A DNA stretch of 64,000 bases. Origin: Octopus vulgaris (Eukaryota). The stretch spans positions 64,542,001 through 64,606,000 of the forward strand of contig OX597832.1 in the NCBI GenBank assembly GCA_951406725.2, read 5' to 3'. The notes beneath the pieces were generated by a model. The model was not told the DNA's origin, searched no databases, and saw only the letters and a list, made by a program, of their open reading frames with translations. Shown here piece after piece: positions 1 to 12,154 of the stretch. The first letter of the stretch is position 1, and each line of letters starts with the position of its first letter. Made by a program: the position numbers and the translations under genes.

Positions 1-250
1 ACAGTTTTTGTTTTGTTTTGATTATGTTTTCGTTTGTTTTTTGTAACCTATGTAGTGGGTTGTTATTGAAACCATCGACTCGTTTCAAGATTAGCCGAAC
101 GTTGCTTTAATAAAGATCAATGACCTCCACCCTACACCGAACAGCTCAACGCAAAATTCGATAATTTAGGACGAGATTTCTTGTTATCGAACGTCCTTTG
201 CCTCTTCGAACGAAGAGAAACATCTAACCCAAAGGAAATCATAATACATG

Positions 251-349
<99 letters not shown>

Positions 350-976
350 GACATTTCAATATGACACACACCTAGTTACTTTAAGAGGGCATAGTTGCTT
401 CAGTGTATGTATTTATTTAAAATTTAAATCACTATATAGACATGATTAAATACAGAGCCTGCATATATGTATATAAATGTATATATATGTATATATATAT
501 ATATATATATATAATCTAAGTAGGGTTAAAATCTACGCTGTGTGGTTTTGAAGTATATGCTTATTTCAGTTTTCGAAATCCGTATGGAGTAGGTCTAATG
601 TTTGTGTGAGATATGCGTAGGAGTTGAAAATACTGGAAAACATTCTATGCAGAGTAATAATATCAAAAGAGGAGATTGTCGAGTTTATTCATCATTACAC
701 GTGTTTACTTTTCTATATATGTTTTCTAATTTCAATTGATATATGTTTTCTAAATCATGTACATTTTGTAACTCTTATTAACAAATGAGACACGGTAGTG
801 GTGAATAAAGAATAATTAAGCATTTTGTATGACGATATTAAAGCCAGTGTGTAAATCTCGTGAAATTTGCGGTTTCATCGACTGACATGATGTGAAGAAT
901 ATTAGCTATCATAAAAGCTTAGACTATCATATATACTAACTTCAAAGTTTATTGATTAGAAGAACAATCTACCCAT

Positions 977-1032
<56 letters not shown>

Positions 1033-1034
<2 letters not shown>

Positions 1035-1384
1035 CGCAGGAGTGGCTGTGTGGTAAGTAGCTTGCTTACCAGCCACATGGTTCTGGGGTTCAGTCCCACT
1101 GCGTGGAATCTTGGGCAAGTGTCTTCAACTATAGTCTTGGGCCGACCAAAGACTTGTGAGTGGATTTGGTAGACGGAAATTGAAAGAAACACAGTTGTGT
1201 GTATGTGTTTGTCCCTCCAGCATCGCTTGACAACCGATACTAGCGGTTCTGCAAAAGAGAGCGATAGAATAAGTACTCGGCTTACAAAAAATAGGTCCTG
1301 GGGTTGATTTGCTCGACTAAAGGCGGTGCTCCACCATGGCCGCAGTCAAATGACTGAAGCAAGTAAAAGAATAAAAGAAAGAAT
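1033..1384 (+). mobile_element. tRNA-derived SINE family A, near full length
   Basis: Head GGCGCAGGAGTGGCTGTGTGGTAAG (A-box-like) and GGTTCAGTCCC (B-box-like); tail ...CATGGCCGCAGTCAAATGACTGAAGCAAGTAAAAGAAT; about ten further copies in the window. Confidence 0.9.
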
Positions 1385-1520
1385 ATATATGTACATACAT
1401 ATTCACACAAAATACACATACCGTTACAATTTAAGGAGGGAGAGGGAGAGAGGAGGGACGGAAAAAGAGGGAAAGGGAAAAAGAGAGAGAGAGAGAGAAC
1501 GTGAAATAATTCTTTTGGGG

Positions 1521-1654
1521 AATGGTGAATCTCGAAGCAGATGTAGCTATAAGTAAGAGCTTAAAGATAAACCCTTTGGATATAAAGAGTGTTTTCTAAC
1601 CCAATATCTAGGTGCTATTATTTATAGATTTATCTGCTTCGAGATTAAACCATT
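1521..1654. repeat. Short inverted repeat element
   Basis: AATCTCGAAGCAGAT (1528-1542) is the reverse complement of ATCTGCTTCGAGATT (1632-1646); outer AATGGT/ACCATT extends it. Confidence 0.7.
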
Positions 1655-1789
1655 ACGAAAATAGATTTTATATATATAATGTCATGAATACATTTTAATG
1701 GAATTCGATAAATGCGGTTTTTATGGTACTCTATACTCTATAGTAGACATAGACACGATGTTCCACACATAGGAGGTTAGTAGAGCTAT

Positions 1790-1825
<36 letters not shown>

Positions 1826-2179
1826 GTGTGTGTGCTCGTGTGTGCGCGCGCGCCTGAGTGTGTGTGCGGGTCTGTGTACTAAACATTATCACCCACATAT
1901 ACTCACCGCACACCGCCCAAGTATTTGCCGGTAGGCTGCTAAATTGCGCAGCGGAGAAAACTCTATCAAAACCCAGGTGTTAACACAAATGAAAGTCATG
2001 AACAAGCGAGATAACTTACCCTCAATCCCATCTAGGATTGATAGACACCAATGTTTCGCCATTTTTGTGGCTTATCGATACCAGATACACGAACAGCATC
2101 GGAAATGAATCATATCGCGGTCCATAGCTTATACGCATATAGCGTGCGAAATATGTGCGTGTGCCGATATGATTTATCT

Positions 2180-3150
2180 CCTGTTTCTTTTTCTTGTCTT
2201 AGCTCGAGAGCTGCGGCCATCCTGGGGCACTGCCGCTTACTTTGCTACATTTTCATTAAACAAACTCTGATGTCTGGAATTCAGAGAATGAGGAAGTTTG
2301 ATGTTGTTTCTCGCATCTGCGTTTCTTGCCGCGAGATAAGTTTATCCACAACTCTTGACAGGAGGAGATCCAGTTTTGTTTTGAAGACGCCTACATCCTC
2401 CCTGTGTAAGTTTCTCGGGTTTTGAAGAAGGATACTGGAGAGCTGTGGGCCCTTGAAGCCCAACCCGTTGCACTATCTGATCCTGTATCCTGATGGCAAT
2501 ATGGGCATTTCTGGTACTATGCAGCGGCACCTCGTTCTGCTGTTTGTGTAACTGGCAATGCAAAAGTATGGTACAAATTCGTCTAAGATTTTCAAGATAT
2601 ATGTACCTGCATATCTTTCCCGCCTTCGTTCTAGGGAATAAAACTCTAACGTTTTCAGTCTCACCCAGTAGCTGGCATGTCGCATTGAGACGATCTTTTT
2701 CGCTGGATTGCCTCGTGTTCCGTCGTTAATTTTACACTGTGATGTGACCACATTTGGGAATAATTATCCCTACGGCTGAGGACAAATGCCATCAAGAGGA
2801 CCATCATGGTTTCCCGTTCGCTCAATCTGAAAGTTCGGAGGTTCCTCCCGGCCAACCGTCTGCGTTTTTGTTTATTAACTTAGTAATATGGACCTGTAAA
2901 GGTGCATCATTACTCATGTCAATGCCAAAGTCGCGCATGGATTTTGATTCAAAGATTGCAATCTTTCCTGGCCAGTATATTCCGCCTGCTTTTTATTGTT
3001 TCGTGTGTTGGTAGCGCCGGGCTTCGAACTTTCCAGCATTAAAAGGCATGTTACTTTCTTCAGCCCATCTCTATATTGCGTCCAACTCCCGTTGCAGGTG
3101 TGCAACGTCTCCAGGGTTCTGCATCCTCTGAGAGACTTTTCTGTCTCTGT
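2180..3150 (-). mobile_element. CR1-type LINE 3' remnant (RT C-terminal region plus 3' UTR), frameshifted
   Basis: Minus-frame peptides YWVRLKTLEFYSLERRRERY, YSQMWSHHSVKLTTEHEAIQRK and FKGPQL...FKTKLDLLL resemble the CR1 ORF2 C-terminus, split across frames. Confidence 0.85.
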
Positions 3151-3192
3151 CTAGCTAGCAAGGGTGGCTATCTGAGAAGCTGAAGTCTGTTT

Positions 3193-3264
<72 letters not shown>

Positions 3265-3417
3265 ACACACATACATACATACATACAGAGAGATAGGGGT
3301 GATAGGGAAATAGAGGACAGAGAGAGAGGGAGAGAAAGAGAGATTTAGAGAGACCTATATCCAGAGAAATAAATCTATATATTGATGTAGATGTGTACAT
3401 ACACACACACACACACA

Positions 3418-3473
<56 letters not shown>

Positions 3474-3589
3474 CATACATATCTATATATACATATGTAC
3501 ACATACGTATATACATATAAATGTAGACATACATACTTATACATGCATACATAAATATACATAGTCATACATATATACACACATACAAC

Positions 3590-3778
3590 GATGCACGTCG
3601 CCCTAATCAAGCGTAGCCAGGCTCATGGGCCCGGTTTCTGTGACGCATGTGTTCCCCCCAGCTGGACGGGACGAGAGAGTGAAAGAAAGTTGTGGCGAAA
3701 GAGTACAACAGGGGTTGCCACCCTCCCCTCCCCTGCCGGAGTTCGTGGAGCTTTTAGGTGTTTTCGCTCAATAAAATC
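3590..3778 (-). mobile_element. SINE family C-related fragment
   Basis: GAAAGTTGTGGCGAAAGAGTAC...TTTAGGTGTTTTCGCTCAATAAA matches the reverse complement of the body of the 6800-7162 element. Confidence 0.75.
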
Positions 3779-3923
3779 CTCTACCCTAAGTACTGGGCCA
3801 TTGCGCCCCCACATATATACTTATGCACTCAGATAAAACATGTAGACTTTATACACATTGATACTCTTAAGCTTAATCTGATCCCAAATATGTTGGATTT
3901 GAACCAACTACATCATACATGAA

Positions 3924-3986
<63 letters not shown>

Positions 3987-4619
3987 TTTGTGCATGTATG
4001 TATATATACATACAAATATATATTCAAACCCACACACACACATATATATGAAGTAGAATGAATATCACCTGAAAATAATAAACACATCACATGCCACAAA
4101 GAAGACCTGAGACTTAATTATTAGTTGGTTTAGATTATTTCTCTGTTGTCTGGAGGCATCTCAGTATGCGTTCATTTTTCATATATATTTGGTATTTCCA
4201 TTACCAGAGGCTCTCAATGGAAATAACTAAACACTAAAAGGAAACTCTCCTCCTTTTTACTCTCTCTTAGTATTTCTCTATCTCTTTTCCTCTATTTATC
4301 CGTCTCTCTATCCTTATTTCTATCCATCTCTTACTCATTTCCTCTCACACAATTCATATCCTGGTAAAAGAATGCGCGCAAAAAACAAAAATATACATGA
4401 CAAAATATGAGTATGGTAAAACAGCGGGAAATATTGCTGTTACTTGCAATCTAAACTCTGAATTCTATATCAATTCTGTATATGAAATACTGTCAACAAC
4501 TGGCGGATGAACTTCCTTTTGTAACATTAATAAAATATGATGATGTAAAAATTATGAATGTATCATTTTTGGTATTATTATTATTGATGTTAATAATAAT
4601 AATAATAATAATACTAATC

Positions 4620-4656
<37 letters not shown>

Positions 4657-5513
4657 CGACGACAACGACGAGGCTAATGATAATTTATTTGTCACAAGAC
4701 CCAATTCAGACATCCAGCATACTATAAGAATGTTTACAAGTCGTTTAGATGGATAAGTAGTTTTGTTAAACGAAGAGAGGAGGACGGTACGCCATAGAAA
4801 ATAGGAATTGTACAAATACATTATAAATAGAAAATATAAGCAGAAAACAAAATAAGAGAAACCAATCTACACCCAGGTGAGAAGCGATCGCTGGAAGCCA
4901 CTTATCTCATTCCCGTCCTTCCGCTTTCAAGCAAAGTACCTCTACAAACTTAAGATGTCAAGTCCCGGGTGCTTTTGAAGTTTGTCTCTAGTTACTGAGC
5001 TGAATCACCTCCTCATTGTACTGTTTACTTGATACGCAACCAAACCCAGCGAACTCGTGACAAAATCGATACTCTTGTTCGCTACATCCTTCGCAATTTT
5101 GTATTAATTTTCATCAACTTAGAAAGAATCAGGAACCCATGCATCTTAAAGGGAAATGGATTTGACTCTCCAGACGTCGAACTAATTTCCTTCATCGTTA
5201 CGTGCCTCTGTCGATATTTGTTTCCAGTATGGTGATGCGCAGCTTTATCTCAGCGATGATCTATACACATACACATAGCTATTTAATACGCTGACTTGAG
5301 TACAGCGTTTCTCAATGTATTTGAGTTCCAGAAGAGAGACCGAAAACTTAAAAGATACAAGAACAATCATTATTATATTGAATGTAAGATTCGTAAAATT
5401 TCCAATAAAAATGACCACCGCACCGATGGCAATGCACATAAAAGCAATCTAGCTTCTGAAACCTAAACCAAATGCACAACCATGACATTCCGATGTTTGA
5501 CCCTACACAAATA

Positions 5514-5865
5514 CTGGGTGTTCAAAATGTTCCTTCACAGTGAATTTTTTTCATCCTGACTCTCCAAGGTGTATTTCAAAACATGTGTAGAAGAGTCAAC
5601 TTATGTATTGAAAATGAAGGACGACACTTTCAACACCTCTTATAAAGGTTTTTAAAGTCTTGTAAAGTCTAAATATAATCTTTTGCAGGCCTATACCATA
5701 ACATCTTATAAATAATTTATAAATAAGGGCAAAAGAAAGATTTCTATGACAATATGCTGAGAAATAGACTTTAATTCGTCAGTCACCACATACAATATAC
5801 ATCACTAAAAATTACACGTCGTGCTTTGCAATAAAATACTAGTGAGAGACTTTTTGAACACTCTG
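5514..5865 (+). mobile_element. Tc1/mariner-derived non-autonomous element
   Basis: TA|CTGGGTGTTCAAAA ... TTTTGAACACTCTG|TA termini. Internal frame NMCRRVNLCIENEGRHFQHLL* resembles a mariner-type transposase C-terminus. Confidence 0.8.
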
Positions 5866-6399
5866 TACTTAGGTTATTATAAGCCAGGCAAGGTTTATAC
5901 ACCCTGTTTGTACACCCTGTACTTCTCAACCAGTTCTTGCCTATGTATCTCTTTGATTCTTATCTTACTCTGCTAGACCCTCATACCCATTCAATGTTTT
6001 TTAAAATCCCAACTATATTTTACAGTATTAAGTATCATTAGAGATTGTATAAAGAAAATTACGATATTTGGTACATTTTAGAACATAGGCGATTAACTGC
6101 ACATAGATTTCAACCAGAAAGTCATATATGGACACCGAAAGACCATATGGACACCGGTTGAGAATTGATGTTCTAAGTGACCTAGCGTTGTAACCTTATC
6201 TACGATAGATCACATATGATGAACGATGTCCAGGACAAATTTCCCAGGAAAAAAAAGTCAACGCTGGATCACGTCTTAAAACATTGTCCAATATAATTTA
6301 TTTCAAAGAAGTTAGTTGACTCACAGCTATAATCTTACCTACAATTTATCCGGTTACACAAGCTGTTACCATTAAGTTTTAATTAATGTTCACCTTTAA

Positions 6400-6597
6400 C
6401 TCTTTAGCATTCAGAATAGTCTGTCAAACAATGCTTATTTGTTCAAACAATCATGTATTATCTCGTAACTTCGAGATTTCACTGATGCGATTGTACATGA
6501 CCTTGCATGGTAGACATAAAAGGCTGGATCTGGTCAGTTCCAACGTAGAATATGCTGAATACATGAGCCTGCTATGACTGGTTGAAATGCCAAATGG
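6400..6597 (+). mobile_element. TTAA-flanked MITE (piggyBac/Kolobok-like target)
   Basis: TTAA|CTCTTTAGCATTC ... AAATGCCAAATGG|TTAA imperfect TIRs; related copy at 37640-38466. Confidence 0.7.
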
Positions 6598-6799
6598 TTA
6601 ATTAATTAACAGATATGCATATGGGTGTTGCCGGAATTTCATGTGAATAAACTTTAACACCATGAATCTTGAGTAAATCTTTTTCAACTTGTTCATTAGG
6701 TTGTTGTATAAAAAGATAGCTGTCTGGCGTAACGAAAATGTATGTGTGTTTGTATGCTTGTATATATATATATTTGTGTGTGTGTGTGTGTGTGTGTGT

Positions 6800-7162
6800 G
6801 GAGGCGCAGTGGCCCAGTGGTTAGGTTAGCGGACTCGCGGTCGTAGGATCGCAGTTTCGATTCCCAGACCGGGCGTTGTGAGTGTTTATTGAGCGAAAAC
6901 ATCTAAAGCTCCACGAGAGGGGGGGGGCGAACCCTGCTGTACTCTTTCGCCACAACTTTCTTTCACTCTTTCTTCCTGTTTCTGTTGTACCTGTATTTCA
7001 AAGGGCCAGCATTGTCTCACTTCTGTGTCAAGCTTAATCCCCGAGAACTACGTTAAGGGTACACGTGTCTGTGGAATGCTCAGTCACTTGCACGTTAATT
7101 TCACGAGCAGGCTGTTCCGTTGATTTGATGGAAACATCGTCATCGTAACCGACGGAGTGCCA
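6800..7162 (+). mobile_element. tRNA-derived SINE family C
   Basis: tRNA-like head TGGCCCAGTGG ... GTTTCGATTCC; tail shared with 14613-14795 and 32226-32393. Confidence 0.88.
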
Positions 7163-7166
7163 TCTA

Positions 7167-7249
<83 letters not shown>

Positions 7250-7264
7250 TTATCTATCTATCTA

Positions 7265-7333
<69 letters not shown>

Positions 7334-7727
7334 ATTAAGCAGCTGGTACGTAAATATTAATGCCTACGCAACACACAGTATATCTCATTTGCAACTATAA
7401 TACATAACAAATGTTAATTGCTTGTAATATTTTAAAATACTTAGTTGTACGTTATGGTTGTATGTGTGTGTGTGTGTGTGTGTACACGCTCAACGAAGGC
7501 AAACATATGTTTGTCAAAGCGGAAACGTGCAAAAAACTTTAGAGTTTAACAAAATGCATGATGTCTTCGTCACTTACTTAAACTCTCTACTGTAATACAT
7601 ACACACCAACGTTCATATAAGGACACGTGAGTATGTGCTGGAACATAATTAGCAAAATGTATAATTAAGTAACACATATATGATAACCTTTCATACGATG
7701 AAATTGCTACTACTACTACTACTACTG

Positions 7728-7781
<54 letters not shown>

Positions 7782-8451
7782 GAATCAACGAAGTTAATAA
7801 GAATAATAATTGCACAAAAAGTATATCTAAAGTAAATTAGAGTGATATGTAATTAGAAGACAGAAAAAGCTGTGACGAAGAGGAAACGAAAACAGCGGAG
7901 GTTCCGCTGGCTTCTCTTTACGAAGTAAGAAGATATTTCAGACTTCACCCTCTGGCAAAATCTCTCAGCTTGAAACTTGTTTACGTATTCTTTGTCTAAT
8001 CTACTACATTGATGTATATGCTTCTCTCTCACTCATAACTATTAACATTATTATAATCACCTTCTGCGTAATCTGTCTATCTACGTACAGATTTATATAT
8101 ATATATATATATATGTTTATATATATATATATATATATATATCTTTATGTACTCACACACACACAAACACACACACACACACACAATAGTAACAAGAACA
8201 ATAAGGATAATAACAATATTATTAGCAATATTTGAGTGGAATTTTTAAATATTTTAATGAATCACTACGTGCATTTCCACAAATTACATGTTTCTTACGA
8301 TCATAGCCTGTATGTCTGGGCTGATTTCAACATTACAGTCCGTAGCATCAATGGATATATATATATGTAGGTCCCGGGTTGAGTCGGGGTTAACCACAGT
8401 AAATAAGGTACTCAATACATAGCAGAGTAAATTAATTTATTTTATAGAAGG

Positions 8452-8502
8452 AGCTTCTACAGGACTAGAACTGTTTCATTCAAAAGAAATCATCAGGAAG
8501 CT
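8452..8502 (-). ncRNA. Type I hammerhead ribozyme motif (mirror copy in left palindrome arm)
   Basis: Exact reverse complement of 8512-8562. Confidence 0.75.
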
Positions 8503-8511
8503 AGGTGACCT

Positions 8512-8562
8512 AGCTTCCTGATGATTTCTTTTGAATGAAACAGTTCTAGTCCTGTAGAAGCT
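8512..8562 (+). ncRNA. Type I hammerhead ribozyme motif
   Basis: Stem I AGCTTC/GAAGCT; core CTGATGA 8518-8524; stem II TTC-tttt-GAA behind a U.U pair; GAAA 8537-8540; stem III CAG/CTG; GUA site, cleavage after 8556. Confidence 0.78.
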
Positions 8563-8576
8563 CCTTCTTTAAAAAA

Positions 8577-8649
<73 letters not shown>

Positions 8650-8716
8650 CTCATGACTTAGTGTTTTGCTTCTTTCATGGGTATGAGTAAGTATTTCATT
8701 TATTTATTTGCCACAT

Positions 8717-8776
8717 TTATCACTGACGAAGGGAGGGTTCTTACGAACTAACCCTGAAATCGGTTCGATATGGTAA
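8717..8776 (+). ncRNA. Type I hammerhead ribozyme motif
   Basis: Stem I TTATCA/TGGTAA; CTGACGA 8723-8729; stem II AGGG/CCCT with inner GTTC-ttac-GAAC; GAAA 8756-8759; stem III TCG-gtt-CGA; AUA site at 8768-8770. Confidence 0.82.
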
Positions 8777-8917
8777 TAATGGAATTTTTTAGAAATTTCT
8801 GTCGGCTCCTTTTCGAGTAGCGTGCGTATTGTGAAAAATTATATGGTTAAGGGCAATATGTCCAATTTTCGGCATATCTGGCTTTAGAAATTTTTTCGTT
8901 TGCCCTTATTTATAAGT

Positions 8918-8982
<65 letters not shown>

Positions 8983-9182
8983 GCAAGTTGATGTGTGTGT
9001 ATATAAGTTTATCCTACATTATATAGGCACAGCTCGGTGTGACCCCCAAAACTGGTATTGCCAGTTAGCCTCGTTAGGCTGTAGACCGCATAATATAATA
9101 GGGGCTTTTGTATGCATATTCTAAACGTTTTCCGTAAACAAACTTAAGGAATATACGGTTATTATATATACATCAACCAGCA

Positions 9183-9229
<47 letters not shown>

Positions 9230-9249
9230 GTGTGTGTGTGTGTAAATGT

Positions 9250-9420
9250 AATATGTGACAATTATTCGCTAGCCATGATAAAACTCCGAGTTTCGGATGC
9301 CGAGGTGGAAATCCACGCCGCCATCTCTTCAGTTATCCGGCCATCGGAGAAAATGCCATGAAAAATGACCGTTATACAAGGGGAAATTTTATAATGGCTA
9401 CCGAATAATTGTCACATATT
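9250..9420. mobile_element. PLE-like fragment with 27-bp inverted arms
   Basis: AATATGTGACAATTATTCGCTAGCCAT (9250-9276) versus ATGGCTACCGAATAATTGTCACATATT (9394-9420), one mismatch; encloses an HHR motif. Confidence 0.7.
9277..9337 (-). ncRNA. Type I hammerhead ribozyme motif
   Basis: Minus strand reads GATAA CTGAAGA GATG..GTGGA-tt-TCCAC..CATC C GAAA CTC-g-GAG TT TTATC; near-palindromic stem III; GUU site. Confidence 0.75.
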
Positions 9421-9494
9421 GTATTACAAATAAATTCCTTTATTTACATAATATCGAGGTCTCTTTCTTTCTTTTGTTGTCTTACCGTTTTTAT

Positions 9495-9554
<60 letters not shown>

Positions 9555-9613
9555 TTACAACCTTTATTAAACGGATGTAGTGCGAAACGAAGTTAGTCTT
9601 GTTGCATATTTTG

Positions 9614-9670
<57 letters not shown>

Positions 9671-9898
9671 TATACACACATCTATGTATATATACAGAGA
9701 GAGAGATTATGAGAAGTAATGGTGTCAATAAGGCATAAAGGTATGAGGTAATGCTGAGTAAGTGCTATGGACAGACAATAGTTAAGCTCCAGGTTCGGTG
9801 ATTTTGCGAATAAGGAGTCTAACGTAAGTCATTTATTAGCATGTATATATATAAATATAAATGCACTTTAAATAAAACCCTCAATTCATAATACTATG

Positions 9899-10200
9899 TA
9901 CAAACTCTATACTTGGAATGACCAATTTTAAATTCTATTGGAACTTACTCACAAGGTACTGGAATATTATATGTATACCATTCTGCCTAAATAATGTATG
10001 TACAGATGCAATATCCCTGCATATCTCACGTCTATTTTCTTTCCTCCACTTCACTCTCTATTTCATATCTTATGTAGAATAACTATTACTTAACCATTTT
10101 CTCTCACCGTCTCCGATGAATGGATATATGAAATATCCCAGAAACAGATGTAAGACCTATTTATAAATGTTCAAAAATCTTTTTATCGCATTCTGAAAAC
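9899..10200 (+). mobile_element. PLE-like terminal repeat fragment
   Basis: Colinear homology with 58150-58420; contains an HHR-like motif; abuts (TA)n. Confidence 0.65.
10109..10156 (+). ncRNA. Hammerhead variant motif (CCGAUGA core)
   Basis: Stem I GTCT/AGAC; CCGATGA 10113-10119; stem II GGATAT/ATATCC; GAAA 10141-10144; ACAGATGT, one change from the palindrome ACAGCTGT; GUA site. Confidence 0.65.
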
Positions 10201-10202
10201 CA

Positions 10203-10253
<51 letters not shown>

Positions 10254-10257
10254 TATA

Positions 10258-10340
10258 AAGGGAGATCGGGCGAAAAAGGCCTTTCTCCAGCATGCACTTC
10301 AAACATGCTGGAGAAAGGCCGTTTTAGCCAGATCTTCCTT
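10258..10340. repeat. 83-nt hairpin with a perfect 17-bp inner stem
   Basis: GGCCTTTCTCCAGCATG-cacttcaaa-CATGCTGGAGAAAGGCC, extended imperfectly by AAGGGAGATC.../...GATCTTCCTT. Confidence 0.9.
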
Positions 10341-11261
10341 GACATAATTATGTACATATGTACATAATTATTAATTTAATGTATTAATTGTCTATAAATT
10401 TTTATAGTTTGCTGACTACTTGATAAAACTCATTAATGTGATTTTTATCCTTCTACTATTTTATGAATATATGTATATATATATATATGTATGTATGCGT
10501 GTGTGTACAAACACATATAAACATTCATGTACACACACAGACATACAATAGTCACGCACATCCACACATGCGCCGCATATATCTTATTTTTTGTTACCAA
10601 AAATTTACAAAAGGAGCCTTGAGTTACTTCGATAACTTTCTGTCTATTAGAAATAAGAATTATATATAACCTATGCACATACTCATATATTTGGTTGTAT
10701 TACTTCTAGAATCCTCTCTCATTGATACGTAAGATTTACACAACTTCATAATTCCTTCACACTATTCATATCCAATAGTCATCGGTCATTTTTTCTACAT
10801 TAAGTTGTTTTTATTTGTACTGAACTGTTTTTTCTTTCGTGATATTAATTTCTTTGGACTCTTTATTTGACTTTTCTCTTTTCTTATCATGACTTCTGTC
10901 CGTTTATTCAATTGTTTCTTTCCTTTTAAATAAAAATCATCTGAAAAATATATGCTCTCAGCCATTTTAAACCTCGTAAACACTAGTTGTAGCTACACAT
11001 TGAAATAGTATAAAGAAATGTTACGAAAAAGAAACTATCTCCGGAGAATAGCAACGCGAAAAACAGCCCCAAAACCGCTATGCTGTCACCGGTACCATAT
11101 TTCTTTTGTGAAATATAAAAGATAGAAATAAAGGAATAAATGCCTTTTCTGCTGTTTTTGAGTGATTCCTATTTTTTGCCTTTTTCTTTTTAGCCCTTTT
11201 ATCTTAACATCCTGTTATAAACACCCACTTCAAACTTCCTGAGATAAATATCGCAAACGCC

Positions 11262-11481
11262 ATAGGCACAAGGCAGAAATTTTGAGGGAGGGGTCTAGAC
11301 GATTACATCGTTTCTAGTGTTTCACTGGTACTTAATTTAACGACCCCCGAAAGGATGAAAGGCAAAGTCGACCTCGGCGGAATTTGAACTTAGAACGTAG
11401 CGACGGGCGAAATACCGCCTAGCATTTCATCCGGTGCACTAACGATTCTGCCAGCTAACTGACTTCATGATGATGAAGACA

Positions 11482-11550
<69 letters not shown>

Positions 11551-11760
11551 TAATAATAATAATAATGGTTTCAAATGTTGCCACAAGGGCAGTCATATTG
11601 GGGGCGGATAAGTCGATTAGATCGACTGCAGAGTTTAACTGGTACTTAATTTATCGACTCCGAAAGGATGAAAGGCGAAGTCGACTCGGAACGTATCAAC
11701 GGACGAAATACAGCCTAGCATTTCGTCCAGCGCGCTAACGATTCAGCCAGCTCGACGACT
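11262..11760 (-). mobile_element. Two co-oriented SINE family B copies separated by (AAT)n
   Basis: CCGAAAGGATGAAAGGCAAAGTCGACCTCGGCGGAATTTGAACT core, intact in the first copy and partly deleted in the second. Confidence 0.88.
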
Positions 11761-11776
11761 TCATAATAATGATGAT

Positions 11777-12154
11777 GAAGAAGAAGGAGAAGAAGAAGAA
11801 GAAGAAGAAGAAGAAGAAGAAGAAGACGAAGAAGAAAAAGTAGAAGAAGAAGAAGAAAAAGAAGAAGAAGAAGAAGAAGAAGAAGACGAAGAAGAAGAAG
11901 AAGAAGAAGAAGAAGAAGAAGAAGAAGAAGAAGAACAAGTAGAAGAAGAAGAAGAAAAAGAAGAAGAAAAAGTAGAAGAAGAAGAAGAAGAAGAAGAAGA
12001 AGAAGAAGAAGAAGAAGAAGAAGAAGAAGAAGAAGAAGAAGAAGAAGAAGAAGAAGAAGAAGAAGAAGAAGAAGAAGAAGAAGAAGAAGAAGAAGAAGAA
12101 GAAGAAGAAGAAGAAGAAGAAGAAGAAGAAGAAGAAGAAGAAGAAGAAGAAGAA
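11777..12154 (+). repeat. Long (GAA)n tract, about 380 bp
   Basis: Seen directly, with few interruptions. Confidence 0.98.

Larger units (their letters stand above)
8446..8568. repeat. 123-bp palindrome (two 61-bp arms, 1-nt centre at 8507)
   Basis: AGAAGGAGCTTC...GAAGCTAGGT g ACCTAGCTTC...GAAGCTCCTTCT; arms read as exact reverse complements. Confidence 0.97.

Noticed and set aside
6800-6875. tRNA-like sequences (also 60165-60236 and SINE A/B heads)
   Set aside because: No complete acceptor stem or terminator; they continue into SINE bodies.
8280-8355. Minus-strand GAAACATGTA half-motif (similar fragments near 695 and 62730)
   Set aside because: No valid CUGANGA plus stem I could be found.
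9025-9090. Minus-strand ACAGC CTAACGA ... GCTGT hammerhead-like remnant
   Set aside because: GAAA is absent and the core is altered; too decayed to call.
10795-10983. Lys-rich 62-aa ORF
   Set aside because: Explained by A-rich composition; no homology recognised.
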